A DNA stretch of 64,000 nt. It comes from an uncultured Chloroflexia bacterium. Its GTDB lineage: Bacteria > Chloroflexota > Limnocylindria > Limnocylindrales > CSP1-4. The stretch lies in assembly GCA_963833225.1 (NCBI GenBank), contig CAWHXD010000019.1:736001-800000 (forward strand), in the 5' to 3' direction. Within the stretch, counting starts at the first letter, position 1; the number at the start of each line of letters is the position of its first letter. Both the position numbers and the translations under genes were made by a program. This document shows, piece by piece, positions 48,720 to 60,268 of this stretch. The notes below the pieces were generated by a model. It was not told where the DNA came from, ran no database searches, and saw nothing but the letters and a program-made list of their open reading frames with translations.

Positions 48720-49886
48720 ATGCTGGCCGTGATGGAACTGCTGCTCCTCATCGCGGTGATCGGCCTCGCGCTGGCGCTGGCTGCCGCGCTCCTGGTGATG
48801 CGCCGGCGCGCCGACGAGATCGACCGGTTCGTGGCCGCGGGGGCCGCGGAACCGGGGCCGGCAACCGAACATGACCCGGGCCCTGACCGCGACGATCTCC
48901 TCCCCGTCGGGCTGTTGCGGGTTGCCTCGAATCGCCGGATCGGCTATGCCAACGAGCGGGCCCAGGCGTTCCTGGGCGCCTCGCGGCCGCTGCCCGGGCG
49001 GAGCGTGATGGAGGCGTTCCTTGATGCGAGGCTGGAGGCGGCCCTGGACGCCATGCCGCCCGGGGGCACCGCGACCCTCGAGCATCGAACCGGCGGCCGC
49101 GAGCCGCGCATCCTGGTCGTTCGCGCCCGCCGCGCCGAAGAGGATGAGCTGGTGATCGTCCTCGAGGACGTGACCGAGCTGCGACGCCTCCAGCAGATCC
49201 GCACCGAGTTCATCGACAACCTGGGCCACGAGCTGCGGACCCCGCTCTCGACCGTCACGCTGCTGGCGGAGACGCTCGCCCGTGAGGCTGTGACCGCCGA
49301 GGTTCCCCCCAAGATGCGCGAGCGGATCGCCCGGATCGAGGTGGAGACCGGTCACCTCGCCCAGATGGTCAACGAGATGCTGGACCTTGCCCGCATCGAG
49401 GGAGGCAGCCAGCTGAGGCTCGACGACGAGGTGGACCTGGCCGCGCTCGCCTCGACCTCGACCGAGCGCCTCAGGCTGTTCGCCGAGCGCGGCGGGGTGA
49501 CGCTCGTGACCGACACCGAGCCGGATCTGCCGCTGATCCGCGGCGACGAGGCACGCCTGGGCCAGGTCCTCGTGAACCTCGTCCACAACGCCGTCAAGTT
49601 CAGCCCCGACGGCGGCGAGGCCCGGGTCATGGTCCGCCGGGACGGCGATGCGATCACCATCTCCGTCATCGACCACGGCATCGGCATCAAGCGGGTGGAC
49701 CAGGATCGGATCTTCGAGCGGTTCTACAAGGCAGATCGGGCCCGTGTCCGTGGTGGCGGCACCGGCCTTGGCCTGGCGATTGCCCGCCACGTGGTCGAGG
49801 GCCACGGCGGGTCGATCGCCGTGGATTCGGACGAGGGCGTGGGTTCCACCTTCACTGTCACCCTCCCTCTGGCCCTGCCGGCCTGA
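48720..49886 (+). CDS. sensor histidine kinase (PhoR/SenX3-like)
   Basis: HELRTPL, NLVHNAVKF, FERFYK, GTGLGL. Confidence 0.92.
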   Translation: MLAVMELLLLIAVIGLALALAAALLVMRRRADEIDRFVAAGAAEPGPATEHDPGPDRDDLLPVGLLRVASNRRIGYANERAQAFLGASRPLPGRSVMEAFLDARLEAALDAMPPGGTATLEHRTGGREPRILVVRARRAEEDELVIVLEDVTELRRLQQIRTEFIDNLGHELRTPLSTVTLLAETLAREAVTAEVPPKMRERIARIEVETGHLAQMVNEMLDLARIEGGSQLRLDDEVDLAALASTSTERLRLFAERGGVTLVTDTEPDLPLIRGDEARLGQVLVNLVHNAVKFSPDGGEARVMVRRDGDAITISVIDHGIGIKRVDQDRIFERFYKADRARVRGGGTGLGLAIARHVVEGHGGSIAVDSDEGVGSTFTVTLPLALPA

Positions 49887-49916
49887 TCGGGATCAACCCA
49901 GCCAAGAGGAGTCCCG

Positions 49917-51398
49917 TTGGACCCTTTGCTCGTCGCCACGCTCAATATCCTGAATCTTGCCGACCGCTGGGAGGAGCGTCTCCCGCTCCTGCTGGCGGAC
50001 ATGGCGGCGCTCCAGCCGGACCTGATCGGCCTGCAGGAGGTCGTCTATCCGATGCAGCAGGACCGGCTGCTGGGTGCGGCCGGCGAAGCCCGGTACGAGG
50101 CGGTCCGAGGCTGGGCCGGGCGACCCGAGTACGGCAACAGCATGCTCGTGAAGGCGCCCCTCGTCGCTGGCGATGTCGACCGCCTCGACCTTGGGACCAC
50201 ACGCGCGGCCCACCGTGTGCGGATCACCCTGCCCAGTGGCGCTCGCCTCGTGTTCGCTGTCGCCCACCTCCACAACAAGCCCGACGAACGGGATGTGGGC
50301 CTGGCCCAGGTGAACGCCCTGACGGCATGGCTCGGCGCCTCGCCTGAGCACGACGCGATCATCGTGGTGGGCGACTTCAACGCGGGTCCGAGGCACCGCG
50401 TGTACGCGGAGATGGTCGAGGCGGGATTCACGTCTGCCCATATGGCCGCCAAGGGGGCGGAGCCGCTGCTGACGTGGCCGTCGGGCCTCCAGGCACCGGC
50501 AATGGATGCCGACGGCGAGCCGGAGTGCCTGGATTACATCTGGGTCCGGGGCGCGGTCACGGTGGAGGACGCGCGCCTGACATTCAACCGGCCCGCCGCC
50601 GGCGACCCGACCCTGTATCCGTCGGACCACTTCGGGGTCGCTGCCCATGTCCGGGTCGGGGTCGAGGACGAGTTCCGGGGTCGGGCTCCTGAGTATGCGG
50701 TCACGGTGGCGGAGCGGCTGCTGCCCGCCACCCAGGCCCACCCAATGCGACTGGCCCATCGCGGTGACTGGCGCGTGGCACCCGAGAACACGCTGGCGGC
50801 CCTGCAGGCCGCGGTGCGGATTCCGGCCTGCGACGGGGTGGAGTTCGACGTCCGCCTGAGCGCCGACGGCGTCCCGGTGCTCATCCACGACGAGACGCTC
50901 GGCCGGGTCCAGGAACGGGCCGACCGGGTCGACGCGCTGTCGGCGGAACAGCTCGGCGAGCTCGGCGTGCCCACCCTGGCGGCGTCGATGGCCGCCCTGC
51001 CCAAGCGCGCGTTCCTCAACGTGGAGCTGAAAGGCAACGAGCACGGGGACGCGACCGCCGATGTGCTGCGGGCCGCCCGCGGTGACAACGGGGAGCGGGC
51101 GGTCATCTCGTCCTTCCAGCCATCCACGCTCGCTGACATGGCGCTCCGGCTTCCCGGCTGGAAGCGGTGGCTCACCACGTGGACCCTGGCGCCGGCCACG
51201 ATCGACTTCGCCATCGAGCTGGGACTCCAGGGGCTCTCGGTCCATTGGGGTGCCGTGACGCCCGCCACGATCGGTCCCGCGCGCGCCGCCGGGCTCGAGG
51301 TGATGGCCTGGACGGTGCGCCGCCGGACCACGTTTGACCGGCTGGCCAGCCAGGGCGTGTTCGCGTGCTGTGTCGAGGGGACCGCGCTCGACGGGTAG
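49917..51398 (+). CDS. EEP phosphatase/nuclease fused to glycerophosphodiester phosphodiesterase
   Basis: LQEV, GDFN, LDYI, SDH then AHRG, PENTL, EFDV, HD. Confidence 0.85.
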   Translation: MDPLLVATLNILNLADRWEERLPLLLADMAALQPDLIGLQEVVYPMQQDRLLGAAGEARYEAVRGWAGRPEYGNSMLVKAPLVAGDVDRLDLGTTRAAHRVRITLPSGARLVFAVAHLHNKPDERDVGLAQVNALTAWLGASPEHDAIIVVGDFNAGPRHRVYAEMVEAGFTSAHMAAKGAEPLLTWPSGLQAPAMDADGEPECLDYIWVRGAVTVEDARLTFNRPAAGDPTLYPSDHFGVAAHVRVGVEDEFRGRAPEYAVTVAERLLPATQAHPMRLAHRGDWRVAPENTLAALQAAVRIPACDGVEFDVRLSADGVPVLIHDETLGRVQERADRVDALSAEQLGELGVPTLAASMAALPKRAFLNVELKGNEHGDATADVLRAARGDNGERAVISSFQPSTLADMALRLPGWKRWLTTWTLAPATIDFAIELGLQGLSVHWGAVTPATIGPARAAGLEVMAWTVRRRTTFDRLASQGVFACCVEGTALDG

Positions 51399-51403
51399 CC
51401 GGA

Positions 51404-52436
51404 TCAGCCCACGGTTGGCGGCATCGGGGCACTGTCCCCGAGGATCAGCCGCGTCGGGACGACAATCGAACGCGCCGGGCTCCCGGCGTCGGCGTCGAGC
51501 GAGGCCAGCAGCTCGTTGACGGCCATCTTGCCGATCTCCTGGAGCGGCTGGAAGGCAGTGGTCAGCGAGGGGGTGAACTCGGCGGCCTCGGGCAGCCCGT
51601 CGAAGCCGGTCATCGCGAGCTGGTCGGGGATCCGGATGCCGCGGGCGTTGGCCACGTGGAGGGCGCCCAGGGCCATCTGGTCCGAGGCCGCGAACAGGGC
51701 ATCGATCGTGGGATCGGCCTCGAGGATCCGGGAGAACGCGTCCGTGCCACTTGCCGACGACCAGTCGCCGGCCTCCATCGGCCCGGGCTCGAGACCGGCC
51801 TCGGAGACCGCAAGCAGCCAGCCGTCACGCCGGTCCCGCGCCTCGCGCCATTCGAGCGGACCCGCGAGATGGGCGACGCGCCGCCGGCCGAGGGCGATCA
51901 GGTGACGGGTCATCTCGGCTGCCGCCGCGACATTGTCGATCCCGATCGAGGTGAACCGCTCGGACGGCGCCGCCTTGAGGAACACCACCGGCGGCGTCGA
52001 CACCGGCAGCTGCTCCTGAAGGTGTCGGATGTTCGGCGCCCATCTGGGGCGGCGCGAAGATGATGCCCTCCACCCGGTGGGCGACGAAGAAGTTGACCAT
52101 GGGCACGATGTCGGGGACGTCGAAGCCGGCCAGCTCCTTGAGGATGATCGAGTAGCCGGCAGCCTCGGAGGCCTGCGCCATGCCGTTCACCGTCTGCGCG
52201 ACGCCGTAGTACTTGAGGCCGGCGACGATGACACCCAGCATCCGCGAGCGGCGCTGGACCAGGCTGCGGGCGACCGCGCTGGGCTGGAAGCCGTGCTCCG
52301 CGATGGCGGCCTCGATCGTGCGCCGCGTCTCGGGGGACACGTCGGGCCGCCTGTTGATCACCCGGGAGACGGTCTGCGTGGAGACCCCCGTCATGCGGGC
52401 GATCTCCTTGATCGTGACCCGGTGCTGCTGGGACAA
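51404..52436 (-). CDS. LacI-family regulator (frameshift near 52030)
   Basis: TIKEIARMTGVSTQTVSRVIN; SDQMALG, GFDG, PSLTT. Confidence 0.88.
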
Positions 52437-52504
52437 GGCTTGCGACTCTCCTGCGCAGGCTGCCCGGGTTCTCGGCGGTTTCAGCCTTGCGGCCATATGG
52501 TAGC

Positions 52505-52528
52505 GTGAACGATAACGGGAACGATAAC
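52505..52528. promoter_or_regulatory. putative LacI-type operator for the ara operon
   Basis: tandem G(T/G)GAACGATAAC x2 between divergent lacI and araB. Confidence 0.55.
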
Positions 52529-52568
52529 GGTCGTCCCTGATGTTGTCACCCAGCATGATGAGAGACAC

Positions 52569-54276
52569 GTGAGCAGGTACGCAATCGGCGTTGACTTCGG
52601 CTCCGAATCGGGCCGCGCGGTCGTGGTCGACGTGGCCGACGGGCGGCAGCTGGCAACGGCCGTCTGGCCCTACAGCCACGGCGTGATCGATGACGCGGCT
52701 GCCCCTCCCGGACCGTGACGTTCCGTTGCCGCCCGACTGGGCGCTCCAGGACCCTGAGGACTACCTCCGCGTGTTCCGCGAGACCGTGCCCCAGGCGATG
52801 CGTGAAGCCGGGGTGGATCCGGCCGACGTCATCGGGCTGGGCATCGACTTCACGGCCTGCACGATGATGCCGACGCTCGCCGACGGCACGCCGCTCGCGG
52901 CGCTGCCGGACCTGCGCGCCAACCCGCATGCCTGGGTCAAGCTCTGGAAGCACCATGCCGCCCAGCCCGAGGCGGACCGGATCAACGAGACGGCCGAGTC
53001 CACCGGCCAGGGATGGCTGACGCGCTATGGCGGCAAGATCAGCTCCGAGTGGTTCTTCTCCAAGGCCCTCCAGATCCTCGACGAGGCGCCCGAGATCTAC
53101 GCGCGCGCGGACCGCCTGATCGAGGCGGCGGACTGGGTGGTCTGGCGCCTCACCGGGGTCGAGACCCGCAACCCCACGACCGCCGGCTACAAGGCCCTGT
53201 GGTCCAAGCGCGAGGGCTTCCCCGACCCGTCCTACTTCGAAGCGCTTGACCCGCGCCTGGCGGATGTCGTCGATGCCAAGATGTCGCGCGCCATCGCGCA
53301 GACGGGCGATCGTGCCGGCGGCCTCACGCCCGAGGCGGCCGCCTGGACCGGGCTCCCCGTCGGCACCGCCGTCGCCGTCGCCAACGTCGACGCCCACGTC
53401 GCCGTCCCGGCCGCCACGGTCACCGAGCCCGGCCGCATGGTCATGATCATGGGCACCAGCACGTGCCACATGGTGCTGGGCGAGGAGGAGCACCTCGTCC
53501 CGGGCATCTGCGGGTACGTCGAGGACGGGATCATCCCCGGCTACTTCGGCTACGAGGCCGGGCAGAGCTGCGTCGGCGACCACTTCGCGTGGTTCACCGA
53601 GCACGCCGTGCCCGAGCGATACCAGGTCGAGGCGCGCACGCGCGGCATCGACATCCACGCGCTCCTCCAGGAACAGGCCGGGCTCCTCGCACCCGGGGAG
53701 TCCGGCCTGCTCGCCCTCGACTGGTGGAACGGCAACCGTTCCGTCCTGGTGGACGCCGAGCTTGGCGGCCTGCTGGTCGGAGCCACCCTGGCCACGACCG
53801 CGCCCGAGATCTACCGGGCCCTGATCGAGGCGACGGCGTACGGGACACGCGTGATCATGGAGGCGCTCGAGGCGAACGGGGTTCCAGTCAACGAGGTGAT
53901 CGCGGCGGGCGGCCTCGCCGACAAGAGCCCGCTGATCATGCAGATCTACGCGGACGTCACCGGCCGGCCGTTCCGGCTCTCCGCGTCCGATCAGACGCCC
54001 GCCCTGGGGTCCGCGATGTTCGGTGCGGTGGCCGCGGGCGCCGAGGCCGGCGGTCATGCGTCGATCGAGGACGCCGCGCACGCGATGGCCCGGCTCAAGG
54101 ACCACACCTACGAGCCGGACCCGGCCGCAACGGCCATCTACGACGTCCTGTACCGCGAGTACGTCCGCCTCCACGACTACTTCGGACGCGGGGAGAACGA
54201 CGTGATGAAGACGCTTCGCGGGCTGCGGGCCCGGGCGAAGACGGAGCCATCGACGCCGGCCGGGGCACCTTCATGA
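52569..54276 (+). CDS. araB: ribulokinase (frameshift near 52690)
   Basis: [31 protein letters not shown]. Confidence 0.92.
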
Positions 54277-54993
54277 CCGGCTCCGCCATGGACCTGGCCC
54301 AGCTCCGCGACGAGGTCTGGCACGCGAACCAGGAGCTGGTCCGGGCCGGACCGTCACGCTCTCGTTTGGCAACGCGAGCGGCGGTGGACCGCGATCGGGG
54401 CGTGATGGTCATCAAGCCAAGCGGCGTCCCCTACGACGAGATCCGCCCGGAATCCCTGGTCGTGGTGTCGCTTGCGGATGGCGCCGTGATCGCGGGCGAC
54501 CTCCGCCCGTCATCGGACACGCCGACGCATCTCGCGCTGTACGGGCGCTACCCGGAGATCGGCGGCGTGGTCCACACGCATTCAACCGAGGCAACCGCGT
54601 GGGCGCAGGCCCTGCGCTCGATCCCGGCCCTGGGCACGACCCACGCGGATCACTTCCACGGGCCGGTGCCCGTCAGCCGGCCGCTCACCCGCTCGGAGAT
54701 CGACGGCGACGAGGGGCTCGAGACGGCAACGTCATGGTCGAGAGCTCGAAACGGCGGGTTTCGAGGCGCTCGAGATGCCTGCCGTGATCGTCGCGTCCCA
54801 CGGCCCGTTCACCTGGGGCGGCAGCGCGACCACCGCGGTCCAGAGCGCCGTTGCCCTCGAGGCCGTGGCGGCGATGGCCGCTCGGACCCTCGCCCTCTCG
54901 CCGCAGGTCGGGCCGCTTGACCCGGTGCTGCTCGAGCGGCACTACCAGCGCAAGCACGGCGCGACCGCGTACTACGGACAACGCCGACCGTAG
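54273..54993 (+). CDS. araD: L-ribulose-5-phosphate 4-epimerase (several frameshifts)
   Basis: IKPSGV, PSSDTPTH, HTHS, GTTHADHF, KHGATAYYGQ. Confidence 0.9.
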
Positions 54994-55053
54994 TGGCCGT
55001 TGTCTGCGGTCCGTGGACGGGGGCTCGCTGTGACCCCCGACAGGAGGAATCGA

Positions 55054-56559
55054 ATGCTCAACCTTGCGGCGTCCGAGGTCTGGTTCGTGACCGGCAGCCA
55101 GCACCTGTACGGTCCCGAGACGCTGGCGACCGTCGCCGAGCATTCGCGCGCCATCGCATCCGCGCTGGACGAAGCGCCGGCGATTCCGGTCCGGGTGGTG
55201 CTCAAGCCCGTCCTCACGGGTTCCGACGCCATTCGCCAGCTGGTCGCGGAGGCCAACGCCGACCCGGCCTGTGTCGGGCTGGTCACCTGGATGCACACCT
55301 TCAGCCCGGCCAAGATGTGGATCGCCGGCCTCGATCTGCTCGCCAAGCCCTTCCTCCACCTGCATACCCAGTTCAACCGCGAGATCCCGTGGGCCGACAT
55401 CGACATGGACTTCATGAACCTGAACCAGGCCGCCCACGGCGACCGGGAGTTCGGGTTCATCGCGGCCCGGCTGCGCATCGATCGCAAGGTCGTGGTCGGC
55501 CACTGGGGCGACGCCGACGTCCAGGAGCAGATCGGCACCTGGACCCGCGCCGCCTGCGCCAAGGCCGACTGGCAGCACGGCAGGATCGCGCGCTTCGGCG
55601 ACAACATGCGCGATGTGGCCGTCACCGAGGGCGACAAGGTCGAGGCCCAGCGCCGGCTCGGGTTCAGCGTCAACACCTGGGGTGTTGGCGACCTGGTCAA
55701 GGTGGTGAACGAGGCCTCCGACGCCGAGGTCGATCAGCTGATCGCGACGTATCTCGAGGAATACGACGTCGTTCCCGAGCTGCGACCCGGCGGCGATCGC
55801 GCCGGGAGCCTGCGCGACGGGGCCCGGATCGAGCTCGGCCTGCGGCGCTTCCTCACCGACGGTGGCTTCACCGCGTTCACCGACACCTTCGAGGACCTGC
55901 ACGGCCTCAAGCAGCTTCCCGGCCTCGCCGTCCAGCGCCTGATGGCGGACGGCTACGGCTTCGGTGCGGAAGGGGACTGGAAGACCAGCGCGATGGTCCG
56001 CGCGATGAAGGTGATGTCGGCCGGGCTGCCCGGCGGCACGTCGTTCATGGAGGACTACACCTACCACCTGACGGGCGACGACGACCTGATCCTCGGCGCC
56101 CACATGCTCGAGGTCTGCCCCTCCATCGCGGGCGGCCGTCCGCGGCTGGAGATCCACCCCCTGTCCATCGGCGGCAAGGAGGACCCGGTGCGGCTCGTAT
56201 TCGATGCCCACCCGGGGGCGGCCGTGGCCGCCTGCATCACCGACATGGGGCAGCGCTTCCGCATGCTGGCGACCGTTGTCGACGTCGTGCCCGTGGAGCA
56301 GCCCCTCCCGAAGCTCCCGGTCGCCCGCGCCGTCTGGCGCCCGCGGCCCGACCTCCGGACCGGCGCCGCGGCGTGGATCTACGCCGGAGGCTCTCACCAC
56401 ACCAGCCTCGGTTTCGGCGTGACCAGGGAACACCTGCGGGACTTCGCCGCCATGTCCGGGGTCGAGTACCTGGTCATCGATGAGGAGACCACCCTCGACG
56501 GGTTCCGCGACCAGCTCCGGTGGAACGATCTCTACTGGCTGCTTGCCAAGGGCCTTTGA
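55054..56559 (+). CDS. araA: L-arabinose isomerase
   Basis: [35 protein letters not shown]. Confidence 0.96.
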   Translation: MLNLAASEVWFVTGSQHLYGPETLATVAEHSRAIASALDEAPAIPVRVVLKPVLTGSDAIRQLVAEANADPACVGLVTWMHTFSPAKMWIAGLDLLAKPFLHLHTQFNREIPWADIDMDFMNLNQAAHGDREFGFIAARLRIDRKVVVGHWGDADVQEQIGTWTRAACAKADWQHGRIARFGDNMRDVAVTEGDKVEAQRRLGFSVNTWGVGDLVKVVNEASDAEVDQLIATYLEEYDVVPELRPGGDRAGSLRDGARIELGLRRFLTDGGFTAFTDTFEDLHGLKQLPGLAVQRLMADGYGFGAEGDWKTSAMVRAMKVMSAGLPGGTSFMEDYTYHLTGDDDLILGAHMLEVCPSIAGGRPRLEIHPLSIGGKEDPVRLVFDAHPGAAVAACITDMGQRFRMLATVVDVVPVEQPLPKLPVARAVWRPRPDLRTGAAAWIYAGGSHHTSLGFGVTREHLRDFAAMSGVEYLVIDEETTLDGFRDQLRWNDLYWLLAKGL

Positions 56560-56652
56560 GGGCCCGTCGAGCGCACAGCAGGCCACCGTTACCGTTCACG
56601 GGAACGACAACGGTAGGGCATCCACCCGGCATCGGCCGTGGAGCACCCCTGG

Positions 56653-57633
56653 TCACCGGGGGGTCGGATCGACCTCGCCGCTCAAGTCCGCCACCGTGCT
56701 CCAGAGCGCCTGCCGCGCAGCACGGTCGAGGCGTGTCGCGGGCACCCGGTCGAAGGGGCGCGGGCGCCGGTCGAGGAACAGCCGCCCTGTTGTTGCCCTG
56801 CCATCCGGCGCGGCCGCCAGCCACAGCAGCGTGTCCACGCCCTCGGCGGCGGTGCGCAGCCGGTCACCCAGGCGCCCCCGGAACCCGGGCAGGGAGGCCG
56901 CCAGGCCCGGCGTGTCGGCCCAGCCCGGGTGCATCGCGTTGACGGACACGCCCTGCCCGCGCAGGCGTCGCGCCCACTCCCGGACGAGCGCGACCTGCGC
57001 CCGCTTGGCGCGGGCGTACGCGAGCGCACCGGCGTAGGCCCCGCGCTCATACGCGAGGTCGTCGAGGGGCAGCGACTGCGTGTACATGCCACCCGAGGTC
57101 ACCGCCACGATCCGGGGATCGGGACTGGCCAGGAGGCGCGGCAGGAGCCGGGACACCAGGACGAACGGTCCGAGCACCATGGTCGCGAAGGTGCGCTCGT
57201 GACCCTCCGGCGTGAGCTCCCGGTCCGGATACATCGCGCCGGCGTTGTCGACGATGACGTCGATCCGCGTCTCGGAGGCGAGGATTCGGTCGGCAGCCGA
57301 CCGAACCGATGCCAGCGATGACAGGTCGGCGACGCTCGTGACGATCGCCGGGTTTCCCGTCATGCCCACCAGGTCGGCCCGGACGGCCTCGAGACGCGCC
57401 GGGTCCCGACCGACCAGGACGAGCCGGGCGCCCATGCGTGCCATGGACTCCGCGGTCTCCCGGCCAAGGCCGGACGTGGGGCCCGTGAGGACCACGGTCC
57501 GGCCGGCCAGCGACCACGCGGCCGGGTCCTCCCAGGCGAACAGGCGCCGGCGAACCGCGTAGCCGGTACGGGTGAACGACGGCACGACCAGCAGCTCCAG
57601 CAGCCCGTCGACAAGGACATTGAGGTTGATCAC
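56653..57633 (-). CDS. short-chain dehydrogenase/reductase
   Basis: TGPTSGLG, NAG, YARAK, HPGWADT. Confidence 0.9.
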   Translation of the reverse strand: MINLNVLVDGLLELLVVPSFTRTGYAVRRRLFAWEDPAAWSLAGRTVVLTGPTSGLGRETAESMARMGARLVLVGRDPARLEAVRADLVGMTGNPAIVTSVADLSSLASVRSAADRILASETRIDVIVDNAGAMYPDRELTPEGHERTFATMVLGPFVLVSRLLPRLLASPDPRIVAVTSGGMYTQSLPLDDLAYERGAYAGALAYARAKRAQVALVREWARRLRGQGVSVNAMHPGWADTPGLAASLPGFRGRLGDRLRTAAEGVDTLLWLAAAPDGRATTGRLFLDRRPRPFDRVPATRLDRAARQALWSTVADLSGEVDPTPR

Positions 57634-57727
57634 GCCTCCTATTCGCAGCCGGGACCCGTCCGGATCGCCATCTCGTGCGAAGAGGAGGCATAGGGTCCCC
57701 GAGCCGGACCCCGGAGACCAACCCGAC

Positions 57728-58186
57728 ATGACACGACTGCACGAGATCATCGAGACTGCGCTGCCCATCGAGGACGCGTTCGCGTTCATCGCGGACTTCG
57801 CGAACTCGCGGCACTGGGACCCGGGTGTCGCGACGTCCGAGCGGATCGACGCGGGCCCGGTGGAGCTGGGAGCGCGATACCGTCTGGGCGTGCGGACGCG
57901 CGGCCGCGTGGCACCGATGGAGTACCGGATCACGACGCTGGAGGCCCCGCGGCGCGTGGTGCTCACCGGCGAGGGATCGAACGTGTTTGCCGTTGACGAG
58001 ATCCGGTTCGAGCCTACCGGCAACGGCACCCGGATCGACTACACGGCCGACATCCGCCTCGGCGGCTGGATGCGGCTCGTCCAGCCGTTCGCAGGCGGCG
58101 CGTTCGAGAAGCTCGCGAAGGACGCAGTCGGGGGCATGCAGCGCGCGCTCGACGAGCGGGCCGCGGCCGGCGGCACGGTTCGATGA
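57728..58186 (+). CDS. SRPBCC/polyketide cyclase family protein
   Basis: [15 protein letters not shown]. Confidence 0.85.
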   Translation: MTRLHEIIETALPIEDAFAFIADFANSRHWDPGVATSERIDAGPVELGARYRLGVRTRGRVAPMEYRITTLEAPRRVVLTGEGSNVFAVDEIRFEPTGNGTRIDYTADIRLGGWMRLVQPFAGGAFEKLAKDAVGGMQRALDERAAAGGTVR

Positions 58187-59462
58187 AGATCGCCGTCATC
58201 GGCGCGGGCGTCAGCGGCCTGTCCGCGACCTGGGCGCTCAACCGCGAGGGCCACCAGGTCACCCTGTTCGAGGGGGAGGGGACACCCGGCGGTCATGTCG
58301 CCACCATTGCCGTCGACTCGCCGTCGGGCCCCGTCAACGTGGACACCGGGTTCATCGTCTACAACGAGCCCACCTACCCGCACCTCGTGGAGCTGTTCGC
58401 GGAGCTCGGCGTGGAGACGCAGCCGAGCGACATGTCGTTCGCGTCTGTCTGCCGGGCGTGCGACGTCGAATTCGGGTCTCGCGGGGCGGCCGGGTTCTTC
58501 GCCCAGCGCGAGCTCGCGGTCCGGCCCTCGCACCTGCGCATGTTCCCGGACATCCTCCGCTTCTACCGGGACGCGCGAGCCATCCTCGACGGCGACACGC
58601 CCACGGGCATGACGCTCGGCGAATACCTCGCCGACCGAGGGTTTGGAGCCGGCTTCCGCGATCACTTCCTCGTGCCCATCACCGCGGCGGTGTGGTCCAC
58701 CGCTCCCGGCCGGACGTGCCGAGTACCCGGCTGACTATCCTGCTGCGGTTCCTCGACAACCACGGCCTGATCGGCGTCGGGAAAGCTCGCACCCTTGGCG
58801 GACAGTCACGGGTGGCTCACGCACGTATGTCGATCGGCTCCTGGCGGCTCTTCCCGCCCACGCCCTCCGGTCGGGCGACCCGGTGGCCGCCGTCATCCGC
58901 GGCGGGGCCGGACCGGTCGTGCGCAACCCGCGGCGGCACGACCGACCGCTTCGACGCGGTCGTGATGGCGACTCATGCCGACGACACGTTGTCGCTGCTG
59001 GCCGACGCGGACCCCGGTGAGCACGCCGCACTCGGCGGGTTCGAGTACAACCGCAACCAGGTGGTGCTGCACACGGATCCGCGGGTCATGCCCCGGCGGC
59101 CTGCCGCCTGGGCCTCCTGGAACGTGGACCAGGCCGCCTGCAACCCGCCGGGAGGGGCCGTCACCATGACCTACCACATGAACCGGCTGCAGGCGCTCCC
59201 GGGTCCAACCCAGTACTTCACGTCGGTCAACCCCGGCAACCTCGTCCGCGACGAGCACGTCATCGTCGCCCGCGAGTTCAGCCACCCCCTGTACACGCAG
59301 CGGTTCCTCGAGTCGCAGGCCGCCGTGGGCCGCCTGCAGGGGCACCGGGACACGTACTACGCCGGGGCGCATCTCGGCTGGGGCTTCCACGAGGATGGCT
59401 GCCGGTCCGGCATGGCCGTGGCCGGGATGCTGCCCGCGGATATCGGGGAGCGTGTGGCATGA
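58183..59462 (+). CDS. FAD-dependent oxidoreductase (amine oxidase-like; frameshifts 58720-58930)
   Basis: [26 protein letters not shown]. Confidence 0.88.
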
Positions 59463-60268
59463 GGTCCCACCTCCTCGAGGGCAAGGTCGCTCACCGGCGG
59501 TCGACGCCTGCCAAGTGGGCCATGGAGCACGACGTCTTCTCCTTCGCCCTCGACCTGTCCGAGCTCGACGAGGTGGACGCGTCCCTGCGCCTCGTGAGCC
59601 GGAACCGGCGCAACGTGCTCGGGTTCCGCGATGCGGACCACTGGCCCGAGCCGGCGGCGGACCTGCGGAGGACGGTCCTCGACCACCTCCGGGCGGAGGG
59701 CGAGGACCCCACCGGCTGGCGGATCACGCTGGTGACCAACCTGCGGGTCTTCGGCTACGTGTTCAATCCCGCCAGCTTCTACCTCTGCCGCGACGCCACC
59801 GGTGCGCTCCGCGTCGTGATCATCGAGGTCCACAACACGCACCTGGAGCGGCACCTGTACACCCTTCGCGCCCGGTCCGCCGATGGACCGTTCGTGTCGG
59901 GGATGGACAAGGACTTCTACGTCTCGCCGTTCATCGACATGGAGGGCCGGTACACGGTGCACGTCGCCGACAGGGCAACCAGCCTGCGGATCGCGATCAA
60001 CGAGCGGCAGGGCGACACGCCCGTGCTGTCCACCAGCCTGGTGCTCGCGCGGCGGGTGCTATCGGACAGATCGCTGGTCAGGATGCTGCTGCGCCACCCG
60101 TTGATGACCCATCGTACGATGGCCCTGATCCACGTCCACGCCCTGAGGCTGTGGACCCTTGGGATCCGGTTCCAGCGTCATGGTGTTGCGGTTCGGGAAC
60201 ACACCGCAACACGCATCGCGAGCGCCGGCGGCACGCCGGCCACGCCTCACGGAGAGCTCGTCCGATGA
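59459..60268 (+). CDS. DUF1365 protein
   Basis: GYVFNPASFY, EVHNT, KDFYVSPF. Confidence 0.9.
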   Translation: MRSHLLEGKVAHRRSTPAKWAMEHDVFSFALDLSELDEVDASLRLVSRNRRNVLGFRDADHWPEPAADLRRTVLDHLRAEGEDPTGWRITLVTNLRVFGYVFNPASFYLCRDATGALRVVIIEVHNTHLERHLYTLRARSADGPFVSGMDKDFYVSPFIDMEGRYTVHVADRATSLRIAINERQGDTPVLSTSLVLARRVLSDRSLVRMLLRHPLMTHRTMALIHVHALRLWTLGIRFQRHGVAVREHTATRIASAGGTPATPHGELVR

